A stretch of 64,000 nt of DNA, from NCBI RefSeq assembly GCF_018977255.1, contig NW_024704756.1:14446001-14510000 (forward strand), in the 5' to 3' direction. The stretch is from Callorhinchus milii. Taxonomy: Eukaryota. Both the position numbers and the translations under genes were made by a program. Position 1 is the first letter of the stretch; each line of letters starts with the position of its first letter. The notes beneath the pieces were generated by a model that worked only from the letters and a program-made list of their open reading frames with translations, was not told where the DNA came from and made no database searches. Shown here in pieces: positions 1-13,148 of the stretch.

Positions 1-341
1 TAAAAAAAGCATTTTTAATCCAGAATTATGACCAATAACTATGAGTTAGATTTGATTGTATATTGCAGCTTTGTATAGTTTGCACACAAAAAGAAAATCC
101 GCTCCCAGGAATTTACTATTGCACCCTTAATTCACAGATAAATCTCAATTTGAATTTGTATGCAGCGTGGTGGGCTCAGTCATGGATTCTACCTTGTGAG
201 AGAGGGGGAAAAAAACCACAAAAGCCTTCATTCTTTGTCAGTGCTCCTAAAAGAGGCATTATCACTCTTCTTAAAGGGAGTGACAACGTGAGCAATTCCA
301 TCGATGCCACTGTCCAAAACGATAGGTACCAATCACAATTT

Positions 342-560
342 ACAATCAAGCAACATCTTTCTCTTCAGTAGGACATCCCAAACCACTTCACACAACTGAC
401 TGGAAGCACTGGATGGATGTGAGCGGTGGGGGGGGGGGGAGAAGGTAGCCAAAGAGGGAGGTCTTGAGGCAGATTTTTGCAGATTGGGAAAGAAGGGTAA
501 AGGCAGAGAGACCCTGCAAATGAGAGTTGGAGCAGAATGGCTGAAGGCTTGACCACTGGC
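342..560 (-). mobile_element. L2 LINE 3' fragment (ORF2 C-terminus plus tail), degenerate
   Basis: Minus strand encodes GQAFSHSAPTL, matching the L2 C-terminal G-R-AFS-AP-LWN-LP motif seen at 11229; ends in a gggatgtcc tail remnant. Confidence 0.6.
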
Positions 561-1850
561 AGTGGACGTCCACTGTTTCCTTCCTACATGCATGTGCAAG
601 ACAGCCAGCTACGTTAATGTGCGTGTTATTGTTTTAGAACTCGTGCTGGGACTAGTTCCGAACCTTTTTAATCTCGCCAGTGATTTTATATAACCGTCGC
701 TATTGCTGCTAATTCTGACGGCACTAATGTCTTTCAATTCCAAAGACTCTGGAGTAAAGCAAGTATGTGCGAGATAGTCAGACAGGAGAAGTGATGGACA
801 TCCTGCCCATAATTGGCTTAATCACAGAGCATAATGTTGCACTAAAACAACGAGTTGAGAGAAAATTAGCTATGCATTCCAGCATAATTATTTAGTATCG
901 CTTTATATAACCATTCCTATCAGTACATTGTTTACCAACGTTTTCGTGAGTTATGTGGTTGAACACAAAAGAGATGGTAAACTTATTGGTTGGGCTGTCT
1001 GATGCACCGTATAAAATCATCTTTAAAAGCAGACATTAACTGCACAAGCTTTCAGGACACTGAAATTAATTTCTTTGGGTAATTAGAGTTGAAGTTGGTT
1101 TGCATTACTGGCTCATAGTGGCTTTTGGCAAGCAAGCTTTATGTTAAAATTGGACTGTCTCTCATCCTGGCAACCAAACAGAGGGCCTGAAAGTAATTTA
1201 TATAAAGAACTGATTAGTGAGGACAATATACCTAACAAAAATCATTACCTCATTCATGGTGCTATGCACAAATAAATCCCAAAGGACCCGAATGATGTAG
1301 AAATTTCCCTTTCTTCCCTCTTTACATTGAAACTGGTCATCTTCCAGTGTAATTGGTGTCTTTATTGATTTTCTGTGGCTCACACTGAAGCATTAAATAT
1401 TTGTCCTCTGATTTATAGGGGGTAATTTTCCATTGGCCTGCTTTTAAGAGCTTAATTATATTACAAATTGCACTTATTTCTTACTCTTCCATCAATCTCA
1501 CCGATGTTAAGTGGGTCATGTGATTACGTTCTCTTTCACAGTAAAATATGTCCCCTTCTCTAATGTCCTGCATTGATTGAATTGCGTTGCTTTGGGGCAA
1601 ATGTCCTTTGGCAGATTGGACCTGATCTTATTCAAGGCTTGTCTGTATCTACCAGAGCAGTGAACCTGGTGTGAGGCTACATTGAAAGCAATGAGACAGA
1701 GGAAAATCGAAACCATAGATTTGAATACTGAATGAGAGTGAAAGTTATTGCAGTGGCGTATGGTCTATGTGCAATACCTATGTCGATCCAGGCTATTTAA
1801 TTCAAGGGTTAGAACTGGAAGTATTGCTTTCAATGGACTTCCATAATGAA

Positions 1851-2099
1851 AGCCTGGGTCAGCTGGCAGCACTCTCTTCTCTGAAGGTTCTGGGTTCAAG
1901 CCCCAAAATAGTGCTTTGAGCTTATAGTTCAGGCTGACTCTCCATTGTGGGGCTTAGGGAAGCGCTGCATTGTAGGAGGTGTCGTCTTTCGCTCGAGATG
2001 TTTAAACCGAGGTTCCCGTCTGCCTGTTCAGGTGGACGTTAAAAATCCCACGGGGCTATCTGAATAAAGAAGGCAGTTTCTCCCGCTGTCTTGGCCAAC
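1851..2099 (+). mobile_element. Old DeuSINE (SacSINE1/AmnSINE-like), head plus Deu domain
   Basis: tRNA-like head with gggttcaagccc B box, then aaaccgaggttcccgtctgcctgttcaggtggacgttaaaaatccca; homologous to 21131 and 56756. Confidence 0.8.
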
Positions 2100-3616
2100 G
2101 ATGTCCCAAATATAAAATTGACAGATCTTTTAATTCCATTCTGCTGCCCATTCACCATAGGAATATCTCTACTACCCAGGTATCGGTCTGTGTTTTTACA
2201 TTAGGAGAGATCTGTTTAAATGCTATTGTATTCAAATGTGTGGACAGAAAGCCACGTACCCAGATTGATCAATAATCCAACATGTCAGGATGGTTACTAA
2301 GAAACAAGAAACTACATATTAATATATTGAAACTTAATTAAACCAAATGCTGTAGTTTTCTTTATCTGAATGACCTTGGCCTAATCAATAGGGACCATTC
2401 CTTTCCACTGTGTTCACTCTCTGGCTAACCACAGATCATGTACACTGTTCAATATCCCACAAATTAGCGATCTGGATTGCACCAGGGAAAAACTTAACAC
2501 TCACAAAATGTGTTGCATCGTTTCAAGTGTCAAATGTTGTTTGGAAACATCTCTCATCTTCTGAGATGAGAGACGGACGTCGATGAATGAGAAATCTAGC
2601 TGGGCATTTAGTACGGCTCTTTGCAAATCATCTTAAGAACTCAGACAGCAGAAAGATGCAGTTCCATTTAGCAGTGGGAACTGTCACTGAAGCTGGGCTG
2701 GAAGATCAGATTACTGTGAATTAACATTTATCTCAAACTCATTTTACAGAACGTAGCTTCGTCATATGGATTGTTGAGTGTTTCATGGGTCTATTTTGAG
2801 TAATAAGGACAACAGCTAGAGAGTAATATTTCTTTCGCTTTAAAGGCAATACTTAGCCCCTGAGGCTACTAAATGTACTAAATGTTAAAATAACAGCAGA
2901 ATATTCCACATGACTGATGATTATTTGCTGCAACTAAAGTGGCATAATGAATTATGAAGAGAAAGCTTGAAAGAGGAAACTATAATCTGGTCAACTCAGT
3001 GTGATTCTTTGATAAATGGATGAAATACATAACAGGGTACTTAAAATGAGATTGGGCAAAATAAGACTGAATTACTCTACGCCATAAGCTATATTCATTA
3101 AATCTGCACAATGACCACCCCGGTTAAAAATCATACATAATTGTCAAAGTTTCAGATGTCCAGAAAGTTATTGAAAACTAAGCAGAGGAAAGACACAAAC
3201 GACAATGATTGGAACACAGGAGCAGGAGGAGGCCATTCAGCCCATCACACCTGTTCTGGGAATACCTCGGAAATGTTGAACCTTTGCAATGATGACAAGG
3301 AAGTGATATGATTAAGAAATGGTTTCAAAAATATAATTTAGGGGTGCAATAATTTCTGCTCTGAAATCCAAGCAATTCCATTAACTGGATATCAAATGCA
3401 AGAGTAAAAATTCATCCTATACCTACCCACCCCAAAAAGATAGCATAATGTTTGCTACTGCAATAAGTGAATGGAATAATTCATAAGAATGGGCAAGATG
3501 CCATGAAGCTGATTTTCTGCATTTCAGTAATATTTGATGATTACCTTCTATTCCACCTGCACCATAGTTCCAGTCATAAAATCTCATTTGGATAATACAG
3601 TACAATACATACAATT

Positions 3617-3724
3617 GCCCACAAAATGTACAGTCATTTAACTTTACAGTATATTCTGTGAAGAGCTTTGAGACGTCTCGAAGACGTGATAAAGTACTGT
3701 ATCAAATGCAAGGATTTTTATTTA
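3617..3724 (+). mobile_element. (ATT)n-tailed SINE 3' fragment
   Basis: cccacaaaatgtacagtc...ctttgagacgtctcgaagacgtgataa...atcaaatgcaaggatt matches 3' half of full copies. Confidence 0.85.
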
Positions 3725-3862
3725 TAACGGTGAGGCAACTGTGGTTTTCATTTCCTAACATGGCTTCAGAATGGATCAGGGGGTCTTTGTTTGGCTGTAA
3801 AATCCAGTTGACTTTGAGTATCACTGTATGCTTTAAAGTTGTTGGTGCCCAGATATAGAATA

Positions 3863-3960
3863 GAATAATCCTTGCATTGGATATTGTGCCTCTTAAGTTG
3901 GGAGGATGTCTCAGAGTGGGTCAAAGCAGTTACTTAAAAGTGTCGTCACTGTGTATTTTG
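3863..3960 (-). mobile_element. SINE 3' tail fragment, degenerate
   Basis: aataatccttgcattggata...gggaggatgtctca is the reverse complement of the family tail. Confidence 0.65.
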
Positions 3961-4519
3961 AGTATGAGTTGCGCTTAAAACTGAACTGGGAGCAATGGTA
4001 GAAAACCAAGCAGGAGGTTAACTGCAAGGAAAATGTCTCTCATAGAAGGCCAGGTCCTCCTAGAGATGGATAGGAGGTTGGAGACAATCAGATTGTCACC
4101 CATTTGAGTTAAAGAATATCTGTTATGCCATTATAGGAAATGTCATACATCAGCTTGACTGATGCAAGGTCACACATGCTGATTTATTACCCCAGCCTTA
4201 CGTCCATGTGAAATATTATACATAGATTTTGCTAATGATTAGTGGATGCAATAAATTAGCTGCCATCAGACAGGTGTGGCTATAGACATCCAGTAACATT
4301 CACTGTTTCCTCGATGTTCAGTCCAAAAGTATGTGTAACAGAATAAGTGAAGGGAAAGATGGTCACTTAAGTAAATATATTTGATTGACAATTAAACACA
4401 TCTAACGGACGTATTTTCCTCCTCCACCTTCACTGCGGTCTCTGAAATTTCTAGCCTACATGCTTCTGGTGGGCGTCAATGCAGTTAACAGAAAACTTTA
4501 CGAATGCATGAGGAGGGAG

Positions 4520-4632
4520 CCAATAGATGGGTATAAGCCAGGAGAATATGAGAGATGGGGACTTGTGGGAAGTACAAACACTGGCAATGGCTAACTAGTT
4601 GGGTCGAATGGATTGTTTCAGTGCTGTAATGT
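4520..4632 (+). mobile_element. CR1 LINE 3' tail remnant
   Basis: ttgggtcgaatggattgtttcagtgctgtaa resembles the CR1 terminal tgggccgaatggcct...ctgtgctgta motif. Confidence 0.5.
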
Positions 4633-4901
4633 TCCAGGTTACAGCGAGATCCAGCGATATCCCAAAGAATAGACAGAGAGCAAAAGCAGATGAAAGCCTG
4701 AATAAAACATTGCCCAAGCCAAACTAGCTTCAACTCAGACAACGTTGCATTTACAACTAACTGAGGACAGATCAGTTCCTATTGAGAGTATTTTCTGTTG
4801 AGAAGAAACGTGTGATAGTGGAGAAAATGGAAGTAGAAGTAATTTTAGATTGTATTTTTAAGGCACGTCTTAAATATGATATTATAATGAGAAATGAATG
4901 A

Positions 4902-5072
4902 AACTTGCATTTGATGTAGCTCCGTTCAAGTCAGGAGTTTAACTGTGAAGCTCAAAGTGCTTCACAGGAATTACTGCAAAGTGTAGTGACTGTATATTTT
5001 GTAGGTGAACATGGCAGCGAATTTATGCTGAGCAATGTCCCACAAACATTTGTGAAGTGAATAACCAAGTAA
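4902..5072 (-). mobile_element. DeuSINE 3' fragment
   Basis: cttgcatttgat...aaagtgcttcacagg...gtgtagtgactgtatattttgtagg...atgtcccacaaac. Confidence 0.7.
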
Positions 5073-6796
5073 ATGCAATTATTTCTTCTCCCCCACCCCT
5101 CCACATTTCAAGTACTCGCCTTCATACAATCTGAGGTTTGTACTGTCAGTTTGAAGATTCTCATTATTTCAATCCGTGGGTTTTTGAATGTAATAAAAGG
5201 GAAGACAATTACGTTAACCACAGCGGGTAATGAAATCTGTCACTTTCATAAAAGCAGATCACTAACTGTCAGATTATGACCTTGGGACAAAAGTGTTAAT
5301 GAGGTAAGAGAAGCGAGCAGGTATTGTATGAATATCTATCAGCTTCCCTTCCTACATGGTGTACATCTGATATCTCCTTGTCAGACACGTGTACTTCATT
5401 AAACCCTTGGGCTGATACACAGCAGATGAACATCTAGAAAGCAATATAGAGTTCTCTCCCTTTCTGTTGAGGGTAAAAGCGATACCACAACTAAACAGCA
5501 GAGATGTGATATTGACTGATGGGATGCCAACAAGCAATACATTTCCAAATAACTTAACATCTCAAGACCAAGGGCATATAATGAAGGCATTGAGATGCAC
5601 AGAGTTGTTTTCGTGCTTCCCTTCGTGTTTTAAATAAAATGGTTATTTTGTCAACTGAGATTGAGAGAGAGGGAGGCTAGTCTCTTCCATTCATTCTGCA
5701 GATCCTCCCTAAGAAACCCCCACCCCTAAGCCTGTCTTTCTTCTCTGATGGCCATGTAGAAAAAACACCATTGAACATCTAATGGCTACCACTAGCATCG
5801 ACCTGAAAGGGGGGGGGGAATGAAACACAAGGAGTTGGAATGCTTTAAACAATCTTCATAAAAGTGCAGACACAGGTGAGGCAGTGTAAGTAAAACTGCA
5901 GATAGAAACATTGCATTTAAACAACTTTGTTTGACTACCAAATAAAGCTTAGGTATTTTGGTGGTGGTGTACGGGTAAAATTGGTTGTTTTGCTCGGCCT
6001 GTGAAGTGTGGTGATAAGTTGGACATTGTTTGCTTAGCTGTTAAGATTAATCTTCACCCTGCAGCAGACGTTGCTTCCTGGGAATTACCAGAGGCTTAAT
6101 TTGACAAGTAATTTAGCTAAGAGATCTCCTGATAATACCACTCCTTGGTGCACGCACCAGTATCGTGAATAACAGCCTGTGCGAGTTTCTAGTTGAGCAA
6201 GAGAGAATATCTGTTTTTACTAAGACGATGCCACGTGCTCTGGAAACAGGTTCTTGCTGATATCATGGGTCAGGTTTAAGCTAAAAGAAACACATTATCT
6301 ACCCAGATAAGAGTAAAGCAGTCAAGCTATCACCCCTGGCAGTGGATGACTTCATTACAGCACAGTATATGATTGTTGCGGTTACAGAGGGGAATGCATT
6401 GATTGATATTGGACCAGAGATAATGAGTAAATTACTGTATGTCTGGCCATGACAATTCCAAAAAGATAAAGCTTAGGGAAGAGTTATACTGAAAGTTCTC
6501 AATTAATTAGAGGGAGTACAATTTCAAGAAAAAAGAAAGCAAATAATGGGATTAACCAATATTTGCCTATACATTTTGATCATTAATATTCACTCTTGTA
6601 AATACTAGACAGTCAAGCTTCTGGACCAATGTGTTTTTTGAGGATATCGATCGCAGTTCTCGTGTGATTTGTCTTTCAATCTCCACAACTTCCGAATGAC
6701 CGAACACTGAATGATTGGGTCTCCTCTGGGCTCTCAGGCGAGGCTTGGGAAAGCCAGTCCAAGGCTCTGCTATCTAGTAATCTCCCCATACAAATT

Positions 6797-6936
6797 GTAT
6801 GATCATAGGAACAGGAGTAGGTCCTTCAGCCCCTCGAGCCTGTTCCGCTATTCTATAAGATCAAGGCTGATCTGCCCCTCAACTCCAATTACCCGCCCTT
6901 GCCCCATATCCCTTGATACCCTTACCTAACAAAAAA
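6797..6936 (-). mobile_element. CR1 LINE 3' end
   Basis: cataggaacaggagtaggtccttcagcccctcgagcctgttccgc...ccatatcccttgataccc is the reverse complement of a typical chondrichthyan CR1 3' UTR. Confidence 0.75.
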
Positions 6937-8236
6937 TACTTTATCATCAAGGATAATGTGATGCCCAATAAGCCTTCAGTACTCATGGATTACTCGTGGC
7001 TCACACATGAATAATAGGCACTTGGGCACAGTTCCAATGACTTGCAAGTACTTTTGGGACCAGTTGGTATCTAGATTGTCATTATCTACCCATGGGCTTC
7101 CTTTCACTGGGATGCTTGCTATTGTAGAAGTACAATTTTGAGCATTGCCTTTATAGTTGACCCATTGAAATTATTACGAGGTGCGTTTTGATTCCTGGTG
7201 TATAAAGAGTACAGGAAGGTTGCATGTTGGGCTCTGGAATAAAGTGGCGAACATAGCAATTGAAATGTGTTTTAAGATACAGTAGCTTCAAAGACTAGAA
7301 TTCCCACAAGTATGCAGTGTTCATTATTTACTGCAGGTGTATTTTTTTGTTTTGCCTTCAATGCTCATACTAGAATGTCAAATTTATTCGGTCAACCTTT
7401 GCTGCAAGACTTTAAAAGATTAAACAAACACCATCTATTTGTGGTTGGTATGCACGTACGCCCACTCTTTCACAGCTCATGAGGGAGCTTTTACCTATAT
7501 TCTAGACTTGCACGTCAATAATATCTTGTAGGCAAGGTGCTGAAACCATACCTCAGGAGAGATGGGAAAAGATCGGGGAAATTGTGGTTTTTTAAACAAA
7601 ATATTGAACAAAAATAAAAACTTTCAACGTACTTTCAGCAATATTTACTCTATTTTCTTAGCATTTCAAATTTGCCAAACTGTTGTGTTCAGCCTGAATG
7701 TTGAAGCCTTCTTTTTTTATCGTTCTTAAAAGAACCTCGAGAAAAACTGGCTTCAGAAATGAAGATTATATTTAAGAATTCGTCAGACTTCTTGATGAGA
7801 AATTCAAGCAAATCTAGATTAAGGTGGAATCTCTACTACAAAGTGTTAAAGATATTGGTTCTGAAGCAAGTTTCACTAAATCTAGGCAGCTTGATCTTTG
7901 GAGTGGAAAGGACATTTACAGCTTTTGATATTTATGAAATGTAATCTTGTTACCGTGGATGCATTAAAGATTGATCATAGAGAGGAGCTTAATCCAACAA
8001 AATTGTGGCTGGAATATCATCAGAAACACTTGGCAATTCTATTTTCAATGAAACTGTTCAACCTCAACTTGCCTGGACACAGGCAAGAAATCACTGGGGG
8101 ATATTGATTCCTTCCAATTCAGCCCCAGTTGATGGCAACAGTACATCTTTTACATATAGAACAAAACAAAAGGATTTGTTAACATGATGTGCCATTCTAA
8201 TGAGATTATCTTCCTCTGTCCTGTCGACTGATACTC

Positions 8237-8265
8237 AGAGAGAGAGAGAGAGAGATCGAGAGAGA
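8237..8265. repeat. (AG)n microsatellite
   Basis: AG dinucleotide run with one tc interruption. Confidence 0.9.
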
Positions 8266-8460
8266 TGGATCGGAGATAAACTTTTTAGTGTTGTCTCCGG
8301 TTCGTTCTTTTTTAAAAAGAGAGAAAAATTAAAACCAGCGCATGTCTTATCAAACTGTTCTGTGTTCTTCTGACATGAAGCTTCAAAGTTGACTTGCGTT
8401 TGTCTGTTTGTTTGTGAGCGGGCGGTCATAGTCTAATTAATTCAGTGAACGTAGATTTGG

Positions 8461-8598
8461 TAATAGTAATACTTCTTGCATTTGATATAACGCCTTATCA
8501 CGTCGTTGAGACGCCTCAAAGCGCTTCACCGAATACATTGTAAAGCGGGTTGACCGTGTATTCTGTGGGCGAAACGCGGCAGCCAATGGAGCACACTT
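8461..8598 (-). mobile_element. (ATT)n-tailed SINE 3' fragment
   Basis: cttgcatttgatataacgccttatcacgtcgttgagacg...gtgggcgaaacgcggcagccaat. Confidence 0.85.
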
Positions 8599-9986
8599 AA
8601 TTCGACTTTCGGACGTTCCAAGACTTGAAACTGACAGGGTGATTAACGGATCATCCCGTTGTTTCAACGAGGTTCAGTGATTAAGGTTAACGTGCGCTGT
8701 CTTTTGAAGGGAGACAAAACCCTGCATTATTGCTGCCCTGCTTACACTTCAAATAGCAGCGCTGAGCCCTTTGGCTCGTTGCAGTAATGAGCAAGGTTTT
8801 TGTTTATTGCCCTATCCTTCCCTTTCTTAATGAAAAATATTTATGAATGATTCAATCGGTTTTGTTTTCTTTCGGCAGGAGATATTCGGATTGTCTGATT
8901 TCTCTTTCCACTTATTCCGCCTGTTGCATCAGTGTGTTTCTGCTGCTTAATGTCTACAGGAAGGAAATAAGGTGAAATCTCCTATGCTTGCAAGCCACGA
9001 GAAAATCTGTGTAGCAGCGCGGAATACATTGATGTTAATTTTAGTGGCATTAGCCAGTCATTTACACTTCAATAATGGTTAGGGAATATTGAGCAACTTG
9101 GGAACTCGATTTCCTGTCCTCCCATCTGAGCGCAGGGAACTGTGTTCAGTATGAGGGTCAGGGTTTGTGCAGGGAGTGGCAGCTACAATGCAGAGAAAAG
9201 AACATGGGTCTCATCGCACAAATTCATTCTGGGCCTTGGAGAGAGCGACGTGACAGGGATGATCTGAGGGAGGATTGTAGAGGTGAAGGATGGAGAAGGA
9301 ATATCTGAATTTTGGCTGCGTGCCAGCCAGCGAGCTCGGAAATCATTGTGTCTTGAGAGCGCAGCCCCCCCCACCCCCAGCCCAAGAAAAGCAAAGAGGA
9401 ATTTGGACTCTTATTGGCCGGGGAGGAAAGGAGAGAGGACACCACAGAGGGGAAACATTGGTGGGGAAAATGGTCCAAAATCAGATAATCAAGTGTTGAG
9501 CGGAGTCTAGAGAGATAGTAAAAATGTAGAAGCCAGCATCTTTTTGCTAGGAAAGATGTCACTAATGGTTAGATTGCACTGACAGTGTTTGAATTAGTGG
9601 TTGCAACATAGCCCATCTACCTGGGCAACATTGAATGCAGGTTTTCGGGGCTGAAAGCATTGGCTTTCTGTACCATTCGTCCTCTTAAAGTTATAGTTTG
9701 CTTCCTTCATTTTAACCGTTATCGAATACGCAGCCATGTGCACCAGCAAGTTCCTACAAACAGCCATGGAGTGAATCTAGAGGATCGTTGGTCAGGACAC
9801 AAGAAGAAACTCATTGTGAATACACCACAGAAAGTTTTGTGCCATTCACTAGTACTGGAAAATTAATGCTTGTGATGGACTGAAGTTGCATTGTCTGTGC
9901 ACACAATTTGGAAGCAGTCAAATGGTCTAGGCACGTGTGTGGAGTTGGGCATTGATGCTGTCCAATGTTTCTTTGTGCTTGTATTT

Positions 9987-10495
9987 GGAGTCCTGTACAA
10001 CAACAACAAGATTCCATTTATAGAGCGCCTTTCACATCGGGAGGACGTCCCAAGGCACTGGACAGTTGGTTCGGGACCCGAGCATTGGGGAAATGGTCAG
10101 GGTGAGGGGAGGGAAGGGAGGGAGCTTGGAGGGGGAGCAGACCGGAGCCAGAGGAACGGAGGGTACGGGCAGGTAAGTAGGGGGATAGTAGGTTTGAGAA
10201 GCTCAGAGGTTAGAGCACTCGCTTTGCAAGCGAGAGACCTGAGTTCAATTCCAGGCAGAGGGCGAAACCTTGGGCAAGTTTCCTTACTCCATAATCCCTC
10301 CAAAACCAAAAACAATAATAAATTGGTCATTTTCAATCTACGACTGTTTGTGGGACATTGCTGTGCGCAATTGGCCGCCGCGTTCGCCCACAAATATGCA
10401 GTCAATTCACTTTACAGTATATTCTGCGAAGCGCTTTGGGACGTCTAGAAGACGTGAAACGCGCTATATCAAACGCGAGGATTATTATTATTATT
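9987..10495 (+). mobile_element. Full-length tRNA-Ala-derived SINE interrupted by an L2 insertion (9998-10200)
   Basis: ggagtcctgta (9987-9997) plus gctcagaggttagagcactcgctttgcaagcgag (from 10201) reconstitutes the head seen at 47263 and 61546; B box gttcaattcc; (att)n tail. Confidence 0.9.
9998..10200 (-). mobile_element. Young L2 LINE 3' UTR, 5'-truncated, with (TTG)n tail
   Basis: Closely similar (reverse complement) to 35437-35621 and 43355-43503. Confidence 0.85.
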
Positions 10496-11228
10496 TAGGA
10501 TACATTGCGGCACTGTGTCAGCAACAGCAGAGGGAGGGAGGGAGGGAGGATTTACATTGCAATTGCACTGGGTGTTTTTATACTGCTGTTTTACAAGTAG
10601 ATCCATGCTGTGAAATGACCTGGCCTTAGTTTGGGAAAAAATATCACAGAAACAAATCACGCTGATGCTAATTATGCCATCAAAGCCTGGCTGTTTTGTT
10701 ACAATTTTAGTATCAATTGTAAAAGCCAAGGTGTAAATGAATGCCTGAAAAGCTAGGTTGAGACGATAAAACAACCGGCTTGAACTGCAGCTCTCCAGCC
10801 AATTAGCTTCTCTGGAAACTTATTGATCCGAGATGAGATTTGCTATTAAGTGATCTGATTTTCTCTTTGTCGCTTCTGCATAGCGATTAGGAAGGAACAC
10901 CCAATGCTCAGTGCTTGGCACTGCTTCGAACGTCGACTGCTACTTTTCAACACGGCGGGAATGATGAATGACCTTGACAATAAAAGCTCTGTTAAAATGC
11001 AAGACACTACTAGTCAATGGATTAGGTAGAACATCAGAATGATTAATCGGCTGCATTATGCAAGCACACAGAAACAGTTGTTGACTGCAACTGCCAGTAT
11101 CAAATTGTATGGATCGGTTGTTGTTACATACCTTAATAAAACTCCTGCTCGTGAGGCTGTGCGCGCACATATCTTAAGTGAAAAGGATCAATAGTCTTCA
11201 GCTTCTTTGTGAATCGTGTATTGTTTCA

Positions 11229-11506
11229 CGTCCCCCGCCTCGCCCTTCCCCACCATTGGCGGGCGGGCCCTTCAGCCACTCTGCCCCCGCCATCTGGAAC
11301 TGCACCCCGCAGTCCCTCCGCCTCACCCCCCCTCCCTCGCCTCCTTCAAGACCCATCTCAAGACCCTCCTCTTCGACCGTGCTTTCGATCACCCTCCTTC
11401 CCTCCCCAATCCCGACCCCCAGCTCGGGTCCAAAACACTGACTGACCAACGCCTCGGGACGTCCTCCCGACGTGAAAGGCGCTACACAAATGTAATTTTA
11501 TTGTTG
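11229..11506 (+). mobile_element. L2 LINE 3' end (ORF2 C-terminus plus UTR)
   Basis: Frameshifted GGPFSHSAPAIWNCTPQSLR / SFKTHLKTLLFDRAF; tail gggacgtcctcccgacgtgaaaggcgct. Confidence 0.85.
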
Positions 11507-13148
11507 CTTCCAGTTTTGAAACCGCTTAACAGACAAGCGAGACGTGTGCATGCAGCTTCCCCTTTTTCTCCAATTTGGTCCGTTTTTCAAACAGGTTTGA
11601 GTTAGCAATTGCGGCACAAGAATGATTTGATAACTTCAATTAAAGGCCACTTGAATACGAGAGACTCGCGGGTTCGCTGCTGGTACGATCGGCATTACAG
11701 CTACTTTATGCCGTATAAATGGCATTAGCGATGAGATCCAAACCAAATTGGAAATCCGTATTGACTTGAAACGTGCCTCTTGGATTTATTTGACAAAACT
11801 CATACACAGAGTGAATCAATTTAGATTCAGATTACCTGTGTCCTTCATAACAAATCCCCTATTAGAGGTGCTGATTGTTTTTTTGTGCTTATACAATGGA
11901 TTCTCCTGTCCTGCTCAAGCACTGCACTTTATTGTCCATTCGCAGACAATAGATGTGAGGTGATTACAGAGCAAAGTCATTGAAACTATGGCTGTCGTTC
12001 CTTACTAATTTCTAAAATGACCAGATGGAGTGAGTGTAGGGCTAGGGATGGAGGATAAAAATGTCTCAAAGCACTTTCACAGAAATTTCTGTAAAGTGTA
12101 GTGACTGTAAACTTGTAGAAAGCACACAAATGGTATCATTGCCTTGAATCTTATTCCCAAGTCGCGGTTTATCCGCGTGACCTTTTGCTGTAATGTTTTC
12201 AGCTTTAAGGATTGAATTACGTCAAATCGCTGAATATAAATAGACGTTTCACCCTTCATCTTTTTCATATGCAACTGTCTTCCCTCCCGATGGTGGTAAT
12301 AAACAGACCTCAATTTCTTTGCTTAAAATGCAACCGCTTTCAGTTCTTGGTCTGACTGTTTCATGACGTTCTAGCTTGTTCCTTTGTAGTTCCATTCTCA
12401 CTGAGTCTATCAATAAACAGCTCATTAATAAAGGCTACAGCCATCACTGAGATGTAACCTTTTCGTATGACTTCCCTCCTCCCCCGCGTCCCCCCCACCT
12501 CACCATGTGACAGCCCACCGAGCCTTGTGCTCCCTCCAGAATACCTCAAAAGGCATTATCTAATTGGGCAAAAAGCCCACTTAGAGGCCCTAATACTCAC
12601 CGCTTAATGAAACTTGCTAAAAGCTGCAGCATTGTGTTGCCAGTGCACTTAACCAAAGCCATAACGTATGGTTGTTCTGTGAACGGTTGAAAGGTTGCCG
12701 GGTTGCGACTGTCTTTGGTACGTGCGCATTACTGCCCTGAAAGGTAAAGTGTATGTGTGCGGTTCCCCCTGGAATCTTAAACACATCTTTGAGTGGGTCC
12801 TGGAGCTGCATGCCGCAGCCTGCTATTAAAAGCCCAGTATCCCAGACGTAAATTGCTGTTTCTGATAATTGAAATATGAATCACATGAGTAATGAAATTG
12901 CTAATCACCCCTCGCAGAATATTATGACCGTTTTAATTAGAATCCGCAATGGAAGTTGTGTGCCCGGAACCCCCCCCCCCCACACGTCAGCTTATGAATA
13001 CGGACATTGCCGCTTATTATGCCATGTTTTCTGATGAATTTCTTAAGGAGGCAGAATGTCTCGCCGCCTGGTAGATGCCGCGCGAGAGCTGAGTTATTGT
13101 TGGTCGCCGTGGCGTGACCTAAAGCAACAACAGTCTTGCGTTTGTGCA

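Noticed and set aside
2659-2683. Iron-responsive element-like hairpin containing CAGTG
   Set aside because: The CAGTGN is not at the apex of a 5-bp upper stem with a bulged C.
9891-10448. Longest ORF in the track (185 aa)
   Set aside because: Reads through an antisense L2 UTR and a SINE; the same peptide pieces recur in other repeat copies, so it is not a gene.
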